DNA of 64,000 nt from Octopus vulgaris (taxonomy: Eukaryota). The stretch's first letter is position 1. Each line of letters starts with the position of its first letter. Below the pieces are notes generated by a model. The model made no database searches. It was not told the DNA's origin and saw nothing but the letters and a program-made list of their open reading frames with translations. Position numbers and translations under genes: made by a program. This document shows positions 54,400-64,000 of this stretch, in pieces. The stretch is from assembly GCA_951406725.2 (NCBI GenBank), contig OX597831.1, positions 45,818,001 through 45,882,000 of the forward strand. Direction: 5' to 3'.

Positions 54400-54915
54400 T
54401 CTTGATCACAGAGTCTCCAGACCCACACTCGACAACAGTTAGGAAATACAGCAAATCTGGACTCATCACAGAATATGACAGTGTCCCAAAATGCTAGTAG
54501 CCTCTCCGCCATCTCATTGGCCCAATCTTTTCTCTTCTTCATATTGGCTGGTCAAAGATGTGGCTTCCTTCTTCCTGCTTTGCAATAGTAACCAAGTTTG
54601 TGAAGATACCTGACAGCTGTTCTGAGACTGACATCAACTTGCTCTGCTATGCCAAAGGTCTTGCAACAAGGATTATCCTCCACACTTCTCTTAGTAAAGG
54701 GAAGGGTTCTGTCAGAGGGCGCTAGTTCATACGGAATAGGTGATGTGGACTCCTTCCCTCTCTGGTGAATTGCACAATCACTCTATGAACTGTAGAAAGT
54801 GGGATCCCATGGTTTTCTGCAATTTTACGCTGGCTATATCCACCTTCAGAATGACCCACAATACGGCTTCTTTGAAATTCAGACATTTCCAAGGCTTCTT
54901 TTGTACATAGCATGA
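54400..54915 (-). mobile_element. Decayed Tc1-like transposase
   Basis: [23 protein letters not shown] (HTH) and downstream RKDWA...WDTVIFCDESRF (first D of DDE). Confidence 0.8.
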
Positions 54916-55917
54916 TTAAACAGTCACATATAGAATATGAAACATAAAAATGTCAATTAATAAGAAATATAATATAAGCCTTTACAAGTTAGAATAAACA
55001 GAAAACGATGTTTTATGGAGTGTCTATTTACTTCTAACATGTGTGTGTGTAGATGTCACTTAAGTGAGAAAGGCAAACTTCCTACAGCAACAGACATAAC
55101 CATGGCTATGTCCGCTGCTGTAGAGAGCTTGCCTCCCTTGTCAGTCATTAAGATAGTACTTTCCGTGCCTATTGAGTCGTTTTGACTCTTATTTCTAGCA
55201 ATACTGGTGCAGAATACATTGGGTTTCTCCAGTTTCTGTCTACTAAATTAACCCACAAAACAATTAGTCAATCTGGAGCTATAATAGAAGACACTTCCCC
55301 AAGGTACTGGGCAGTGGAACTGAACGTTACAAAACGACTTTTTGTAACCACACAGCCATACCTTACAAAATAAACTTATCAAGTGTGCTCGCACACCACT
55401 GACTTTGTTTCCTTGTAATTTTCAGAAAAATAGATGTCTTTTAATGAAATGTTCTACATATACGCTTCAGATGGTATAGATTTTGGAATTCTATGTATAA
55501 AAAATAAATGGCTGGCGCGTACGCATATATATAGTCACATACATCACGTCTCTACGAAACAAAACTTGCAAATCGGTAAAATATTGAAGTCTCGTATATA
55601 TATATCTGTGCGCACGCATCACTTTCTCTTTTCTCATATTAAATTCTGGTTCTACAAGTTACGAGAAAAAAGTCGGCTGGACACAACTGTGCAGGTACGT
55701 GTATAATTATTCATTTAAGAACATATACTCGGGGAATTTACAAGGATACCGCTATGAGATTTCATTCTTTTTATAATACTGTAAGCGGCTTCTTTACATG
55801 CTAAATAAGATAATCCAAATGTGTCTAACCAAATCCTACCTTTAAAAAAATAAAAGCATGAATAAAAAAAGTAAAGCTGGAATAGACATGGTGGGATACC
55901 TTTGATTAAAGACCCAC

Positions 55918-56262
55918 GGTTAATATCTAGATCCACACCCGGTGGGAAAAATGAGATCGCACCCGGTGGCAAAAATGGAAAAAATATGTGTAACAGGTGT
56001 AAGGCATCGTATATTGAAGGAATATGACGAAAAAAAGCGCGCTGACAAACGGGGGGTGGTGGGGGGGGCGGCCTCGGAAAATTGCCTACGATTTAAAGAA
56101 AAATTTTCCGAGCCCCTCCCCCCCCCGTTTGTCAGCGCGCTTTTTTTTCGTCATATTCCTTCAATATACGATGCCTTACACCTGTTACACATATTTTTTT
56201 CCATTTTTGCCACCGGGTGCGGATCTCATTTTTCCCACCGGGTGCGGATCTAGATATTAACC
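55918..56262. mobile_element. 345-bp near-perfect palindromic MITE, Merlin-like
   Basis: GGTTAATATCTAGATCC...GGATCTAGATATTAACC; TSD AGACCCAC on both sides. Confidence 0.92.
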
Positions 56263-56370
56263 AGACCCACTCCATTAAGACTGACCTGCGGTTAAAGAAT
56301 ATTACTAGTTATGGATTGAATGTAACCACTAATTAAAAAGCGACGCAGATTAAAATTAAACCAACGTAAC

Positions 56371-57086
56371 AGATCTTTTCCTTTTGAACGGCAGTTTTCA
56401 ACACATTTTCTAGTTAACTAAACACTTTTAAACTTCGTATACTGGTAGAATGTGTCAAAATAAAACATTTTTTCGTTTGGCTTTCTTGAGAAAATTGTAA
56501 TTTGTAAGTTTAATGTAGTTTAATTTTTCGAATTTTAACCGATGAATCGCCTCTAGTGAGCTAAAATCATTTGCTGCGTCTGAAACTGATACATCCTGTC
56601 ACTAACCCAAACCACACCCTAAATTTTAGCCTTTCGTTTTTTTTTTTTCTTAGTTGTTAAATTAATTTAATTGTTACGCGTGTGTCTAAAATTATTCGTT
56701 ATGTTTTTGCTTTCGTTTTAGCCTTACGTTTTTTCTTCTTGTTAAATTAAAATTATTTTTCATTGCTTTCGTTTTTTTTTCTTAATTGTTATCCTTAAAT
56801 TAATTTAACAATTAAAAAAAAGAAAAACGAAAGGCTAAAAGTTAGGGTTAGTGACAGGATGTTGTCTGTTTTAGACGCAGCAAATGATTTTAGCTAAATA
56901 GAGGGCATAGGATTGGTTAAAATTCGAAAAATTAAACTACGTTAAACTTACAAATTACAATTTTCTCAAGAAAGCCAAGAGAAAAAAAATGTTTTATTTT
57001 GACACATTCTACCAGTATACAAAGTTTAAAAGTGTTTAGTTAACTAGAAATTGTGTCGAAAACTGCCGTTCAAAAGGAAAAGATCC
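56371..57086. mobile_element. Palindromic MITE, same family as 2159-2931
   Basis: Same TIR (GATCTTTTCCTTTTGAACGGCAG); TSD not recognisable. Confidence 0.85.
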
Positions 57087-57735
57087 GAAAATGTACAAAA
57101 TCTCGGCAGTCGACAAAATGAAATGAAAGGACAACCAAGAAATTGCTCTTTTATTCAAAGATTGCCATATATTTAATTCTTCCGAAATCTTTCCTATAAA
57201 TAATCAAAACGTTTACTTTTCGAAATGAATGGTTTATACAGCTTAATAAATTAATTATACATGTTATCGAAAAAACACATTCGTAAAAATTTTCTGAAAA
57301 TTCCCCAAAATAAAAAATGTATTATATGCGGTGTTTAAACCAGAATTCTGCAAGTACAATAACTATTTCGAAGCTTCTACTTGTTCACTTCACTCATTCA
57401 GGATAGCCAAGTGATTTTATATATTCTGTTATTGATGGCTTGATTTTAAATTACACCGCTTTAGTTAAAAGTTACCCAAAATATATTCCCTGGCATCCAA
57501 AACGAATGCTTGATTTTGCTATCTCATGTTCACCTTTTGATTCTTACATACTCATTAGTTCCTTATTCATATTTTAATAGAAGTATCGGTTAATGTTTAT
57601 CTACTGAAAGAAAAAAAAAAGCTGGTACTATGGTATTATGAATAGGATCGCCCCAAATATTTATGTAGGAACACATGTGAACGAAATAACAATATATTTA
57701 TTTATTTATTATTCTATTTATTTATTACAAAGGAA

Positions 57736-57768
57736 CCGGAAATTTCACCGCCTGCGATCGTTTCCCGC
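57736..57768 (+). promoter_or_regulatory. Candidate ETS (CCGGAA) and E2F (TTTCCCGC) sites upstream of the DUT ATG
   Basis: Motifs at 57736 and 57761 in a CpG-retaining patch; E2F control is typical of DNA-replication genes such as DUT. Confidence 0.4.
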
Positions 57769-57814
57769 TTTTTCGACTTCTCATCTCTAACCCCTCTATT
57801 ATTGAAACAGCAAA

Positions 57815-57912
57815 ATGCCTGCAAAACAAGTTGTAAAATTCGCAAGACTTAGTCAAAATGCATTCATTCCAACTCGAGGATCGCCGCAAGCTGCTGGATA
57901 CGACCTTTACAG
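57815..57912 (+). CDS. DUT: dUTP pyrophosphatase (dUTPase), first coding exon; gene continues beyond the window
   Basis: MPAKQVVKFARLSQNAFIPTRGSPQAAGYDLYS contains dUTPase motif I (AGYDL); phase-2 donor AG|GTAATT; missed by the ORF track; no further exon seen in the window. Confidence 0.92.
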
Positions 57913-60623
57913 GTAATTTTACAATTGCTATTACATCTTATATCTACTTGTTTTCTCTCACGAGGGTACGGCCATGCTGGGGCACCCGCCTTAGAGGGCT
58001 TTAGTCGAACGAATCGACCGCAATACTCTTTTTCCATGCTTAGTAATTATTCTATTGGTCGCTTATGCTGAACCAGTAAGTTTCCTGAGCTGTAAACAAA
58101 CCAATTCTAGTTTTCAAGACTTCAATAAATTTTGGCGCTACTTAAAAACCGGAGTCTTGATGCATCAACGTAACTCGTTAGGATTAGGGTTACGTAGATG
58201 CGTCGGGACCTCTGTATTTAAATAGTACCGAAATTTTTTCTGTGTGATTTTTTTATCTTCTAATCTACAGAAAAGAAAAATAAATATGACGCGTGGGCTT
58301 TTTTTTTTTAAATTGGCGCGAGTGATATGGTTGGAGTTAGGGTGAACAGATATAAAGTCAGTTTTTGGGTGGGGAAACATATATGTTAATTAAATATTGT
58401 TCTGACTAGATTTAAACTTATTTTTCACTAAATGGCGATAGAATATCCATTTTTCTGAAAGCAACAAAGCTACGGTGGGGGACACTGGTGTTGTTAAGCC
58501 ATTTAAATATCAAACTAATAAAATATTGCTGTTTGGTTGAAACTTCTTTTTTCACTAAATTCTGATGCTTTATGTATACCCTGTAACTTTATATCTAGAT
58601 TTCTAATTGGGACATTTACATTCCTCTTAAGAAGGCTTCAAAGGCAAGACTTTTCTTCCGTAAGTTTTAATAAATCTAAAAATAAGTGGATCACCCTTCG
58701 CTTTAGGGACGTGTATGAATGAAATACAAACGACTTAGGCTTGTAACAAAATTAAGTTTTAAGAATGAAAGAATGTAAAAGAAGAAAAATTCTCGAAGAA
58801 GTAAAATTTTAGCACTTTTTAAAAACGTTTCTATTTCTTTTATCTTGTTTCAGTCATTAAGATCATAACTATGTTTGAAGAGTTTTTAGATGAACGAATC
58901 TACCCAGTACTTTTTTAAAAGCCTGGTACTTTATTTCATCAGTACCTTTTTGCCAAATCAGTTATGTGGCCGTAAACAAACCAACGCCGGTTGTCATGTG
59001 GTGGTTGGACACTTGTATACATGTCGGGCTTTTTTCACTTTTCGTCTACCAATGGCACTCGTAATGCTTTTGTTGGCTCGAGGCTGTCGTAAAAGACAAT
59101 TGCTCAAGGTGCCATCCAGTGGTTGGGAAGCCACGCCTGCTTTGTTTCAAAGACATGCTTATCTAAAAGTTCTTATAGGCACGTGGTTTCAGGTTCATTC
59201 CCACTGCGTGGCACCTTGAACAAGTGTCTACTATAGTCTTGGGTCGACCAAAGCTTTGTGAGTGGATTTGGCAAGCGGAAATTGTGTGGAAGCCCGTCGT
59301 ATATGTATGTGTAATTGGCCTTTTGTCTCCTACCACCACTTATCGGTGTTGGTTTGCTTACGTCTCTGCGCATTAGCGGTGCGGCAAAAGAGGATAAAGT
59401 ACTGGGGTCGATCTGTTTGACTAAATTCTTCAAGGCGATGACCCAGCGTGGCCGCAACCCAATGACTGAGACAAAAAGAAAATATTTACTGTTATTGTCA
59501 AGAAATATTTTCATTAATTAATGGCAAGGGCAGTGGTACTTATGTGGAAGAAGACCATTGAAGATAAACCGCGAAATCATACTTTCCCGCCATAGTCCAG
59601 CTTTTTTAGCCCGAAGATGGAGGCCTCTAGATGGTCGTCGAACATACAAAAAACAGCAGCTAAAACTATTTAAAGTTTGATTACCTGCTATTTTTAGTAT
59701 GTTAGGTAAACACTTACAGACAGCGGGAAAGTATATTGATGAATGAATTGTGAGCGACAGTACGTTACCGTGTTCGCGCCGAATTTTGTTTTGATTTAGA
59801 ATTTCTGTAACCTAAATTATCATATAAAGTTTTTACAATTGAAGTTTACTTTCATTCAATTCACATATAAGTACTATCAAACGAAAATACTTTTTAAAAT
59901 ACAGTGGAGCTGCTTATTATCGTGGAAAATGTTATTTTCCAAAGTCTCCACAATAAGCAGCTATCGTCTTGTGTTTTCACCCTTTTTTTTTTTTTTTTTT
60001 TTTACAAATTGTATTCATCCACAAACGTAACGTATTCGACATTCATACCTTGTCTTAGACATTGCCATACGATATGGTTAGTAATGTTTCAGTTTTAAGG
60101 TTTTAATAAAATAGAAAAAAAGACGTTTTCTTTCAGTTTCTGGATTTTTCTTTTCAGCGATTTCTTTGCCAGCCAGCAGCTACATATGGCATATTTTGGC
60201 GTGCAGTTAGAATGTTGATTTTGTTAATTCAATTTTCTGTGTCGTTGGGTGAAATACTTTTAGTCCAGCTTGTGGCGCAGTTATGATTTAATTAATCTAA
60301 TGCTCTCGGAGGAAGGTGATTGTGACTGGTCGTTTAGAACATTAGTTATACGTTTTCGTGTAATTTTGCGAGCCTAGATGAAGGACTGTAATGTTAAATT
60401 ATTAAATTTTTCTTCTTTTTTTTTTTATGTTATTTATATATTTATTTTTAACCACTAATTTTCATACAGGGGCCCCGCATTTATCATTAGCAGCAGCAGC
60501 AATATCATTTTCAGCAGTAGCAGAGGCAGTGGTAATAGCAGATTAGTGGTTAAAAATAAATATATAAATAACAATTAAAAAAATGAAAAATTTAATAATA
60601 ATTTAACATTACTTGAAAAGGTA

Positions 60624-63600
60624 GTGGGTAGCGAACTTCTTCACTACTTCAGGGAGTGACGACCCTGCCTGACACGAGTCCCGGGCTCAGCTGGCTCCGG
60701 CTGACAGTACCCGGTATGGGCCCCTATCCAGGGTTACGGAAAGGAGACAACCTTCAAAGAAATCCGGCAAACAACTAAAAGACAAACCACCAGTCCTGTG
60801 GTTAGCAAGCTGGAATGTCAGGACCATGTGCCCTGTTATATCTGATGACATTGCTGGGCTGCAGGAGACAAGACTCCCCTCAAACGGCAAACTCAAAGAA
60901 CAGGATTTCACCTTCTTTTGGCAGGGAAGCGATCCAGAAGAACCTCGTCAGCATGATGTTGGCTTTGCAGTGAGAAACTCATTACTCTCCTCAATAGAAC
61001 CACCATCAGGAGGCACTGAGCGTATCCTCTCACTGCGCCTCTTGACGTCTGGTTCAGTACATCTATTGAGCATCTATGCTCCCACTCTCTACAACTCAGA
61101 GGAGACCAAGGACCAGTTCTACAAAGATCTCAACTGTGTCATTAAAAATATACCAACCAATGAAAACATCTACCTTCTAGGAGATTTTAACGCTCGCGTG
61201 GGATCTGACCATGATTCGTGGCCCATGTGTGTTTGACACTTTGGTATTGGCAACATGAATGACATTGGTCAGAGACTACTTGAATTTTGTACATACCATA
61301 ACCTGTGCATCACCAACACATTCTTTGCCAACAAGGCATCTTGGAGACATCCAAGATCTCACCACTGGCATCAGCTGGATTTCATCATTACACGAAGATC
61401 CTTTCTGAATTCTGTTCAACTGACCTGTAGTTACCACAGCGCGGGATTGTGACACAGATCACTCACTAATTAGAAGCAGGGTGAGGATTCTGCCTTAAAA
61501 AGTCCATCACTCCAAGAAAATGGGCCAACCACGCATTAACACTGCCAGAACCTCGGACCCTACACTGCGAAAATGTTTTGCTGTTTCTATCAAGGTTGCC
61601 CTCTAGCTGCCCAACCTCTTCTGCTGAAAGTAGGTGGAATTATATCAGGGAAGCTTTGTATACCACATCAATAGATACTTTCGGCATGAGAGAAAGGCAA
61701 AACCCAGATTGGTTCAGTGCTGGAAGCAGTTATCGAAGCAAACTGTGCAGCTCTGATTCAATACAAGAGTGATTCTTCTACAAAGTCACTCGAAGAACTC
61801 AGAAAGGCAAGAAATAAAACCCAACTGACAGCCTGATGCTGTGCAAATAGGTATTGGCAGGAAATCTGTCAGTATCCAGTCGGCTGGCGACACCCATGGG
61901 ATGTATGCCGGTTTGAAGAAGGCCATCGGTCCATCCGCAACCAAGTCAGCCCCTCTGAAATCAACTACTAGAGATCTCATCAAGGACCAAAGCAAGCAAA
62001 TGGATAGATGGGTGGAGTACTACCAGGATCTCTACTCACGAGAGACCATGGTAGCTGAGGCTGCAATCGAGAGTGTCAATATCTTGACAGTCCACCATCT
62101 ATAGCAGAGCTCACCAAGACTATTGACTCCCTAGCAAGTAACAAGGCCCCGGGAAAAGATGGCATCCCCTCACAGATCATCAAAGCCGGCAAGAACACCA
62201 TCCTGCTTTGGCACCTTCATGAGCTTCTGTGTCAGTGCTAGAAAGAGGGTACAGTCCCTCAGGATATGCAGGATGCTAACATGATTACGCTTTACAAGAA
62301 CAAAGGTGACCGTGGTGATTGTAACAATTACTGTTGGAAAGACCTTTGCTTGCGTTATCCTGTCCAGGCTACAACTGCTTGCTTCTCGAATTTATCCAGA
62401 ATCGCAGTGTGGCTTTAGAAGAAGCAGATCAACTATTGACATGATATTCTCCATATGCCAACTTCAGGAGAGCAGAAAATGCCATTATATATGGCCTTCA
62501 TTGATCTGACAAAGGCCTTTGACTTGGTAAGTAGGAAAGGCCTCTTCATCCTGCTTCAAAAAATCGGATGTCCACCAAAGCTGCTGAGGATCATCAAAGC
62601 TTTCCATGATGATATGCAAGGCACCATACAGCACAATGGTTCAACATCAGCCACCTTCCAAATAAAAAACAGGGTAAAGCAAGGTGTCCTTGCTCCTACA
62701 TTATTTGGCATCTTCTCGCTGCTGCTCTCACATGCCTTTCAGACATCAGATGATGGAGTGTTTCTGCACAGTAGAAGTGACGGGAAACTGTTCAATCTCT
62801 CATGCCTGTGTGCCAAGACCAAAATCAGAAGCATCCTGATCAAGGAGATGCTATTTGCTGATGATGCCACTCTGGTATCACACATAGAAGCCCTACAAAG
62901 GCTCATCAACTGTTTTGAGCAAGCATGTAACGACTTTGGCTTAGTTATCAGCCTCAAGAAGACCAACATCATGGGTCAGGCTACATTGGACATCCTAAAC
63001 ATACATATTGGAGACCACAGATTACAGGAGGTGGAGAAGTTTACCTATCTTGGCTCTACCGTCACCTACAACCTATCCCTTGATGCTGAGCTCAATATAC
63101 ACATTGGCAAGGCAGCTGCTGTGATGATCCAGCTCTCCAAACGGGCATAGGACAACAATAAGCTGACCAAGACAACCAAAAATGAAAATTTACCTGGCAT
63201 GTGTACTTAGCACTCTACTGTATGGAAGTGAGACTTGGATGCCATACACATGCCAAGAGCGTTGCCTAAATATCTTTCACCTGCGCTGCCTCCGGAAAAT
63301 CCTCTGCATCAAATGGCAGAACCATATCCCCAACAAAGATGTCCTCAGGCAAGCAGGAATACCAAGCATGTTTGCACTCCTCACACAAAGACGTATGAGA
63401 TGGCTTGGACATGTTAGCCGTATGGAAGATGGCAGAATCCCCAAGGACATACTCTACGGAGAGCTTGCTAGAGGCACTAGGTCTGTGGGAAGACCGTTCT
63501 TACGATACAAGGATGTTTGCAAAAGGGACATGAAGGTCTGCAACATCAATATTAGCAACTGGGAAGCAGTTGCCAGCAACCGTGGAGATTGGCGACGTAA

Positions 63601-63873
63601 GTAAAAGAGGGAACACAAATGAGTTACAGACAGAAAGAGAGAGAGAGAGGGGAGAAATTGAAAGAGAAGACAAGACGTCAACAAGAAACTAAGACATTAC
63701 AACCAGCCAGGAACAGTCTTCGCTACATTTGCGGCACCCGCCAGAGGGAGTGTTTGTCCAGGATAGGACTACACAGCCACAGCAGGAGATGTATTAGGAC
63801 ATGAAATGTAAAAGCCGGTCTAGATTATTTTAAGCGCAACTCCATTGTCTCCCGAGACAAAAAGGATGCCAAC
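60624..63873 (+). mobile_element. Near full-length, disrupted RTE-clade LINE (APE endonuclease + RT) in the DUT intron
   Basis: WNVRT, LQETR, GDFNARVG, QCGFR, FIDLTKAFD, LFADD, LRWLGHV-like motifs; multiple stops and frameshifts. Confidence 0.93.
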
Positions 63874-64000
63874 AGATGGACAAAAGCATTATCAAGCACA
63901 GCAGCAACACTTCCGTAATCCACACACTCTGGCACAATCTGGACTGGTTTGCAACTTTTTGACAGGACTAATGACATACCCGACTCAACATAAACTCAAT

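Noticed and set aside
55942-56260. ORFs of 103 and 78 aa
   Set aside because: They lie entirely within a palindromic MITE.

Overview
Eukaryotic, AT-rich, very repeat-dense genomic DNA. The SINE, MITE and microsatellite content looks like a coleoid cephalopod, probably Octopus (inference). I assembled three spliced protein-coding genes by hand. (1) A + strand 8-exon gene (CDS 11088-30833, about 870 aa) encodes three tandem SatP/YaaH/GPR1-FUN34 (acetate-uptake channel, AceTr) membrane domains fused to a C-terminal YrdC/Sua5 (TsaC) domain with intact motifs. This is the most unusual object in the window. (2) RPS27 lies on the - strand (4 coding exons, 84 aa, TATA box and 5'TOP), convergent with gene 1. 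(3) The first coding exon of dUTPase (DUT) is at 57815-57912; the rest lies beyond the window. Most remaining sequence is mobile DNA: several tRNA-derived SINE families, GG...CC foldback MITEs with 8-bp TSDs (Merlin-like), non-autonomous Helitrons, Tc1/mariner/Tigger remnants, a solo LTR plus a palindrome made from its end, Gypsy, Penelope, R4/Dong and RTE relics, and microsatellites. Exon models and family assignments come from reading the sequence and recalled motifs; no searches were run.
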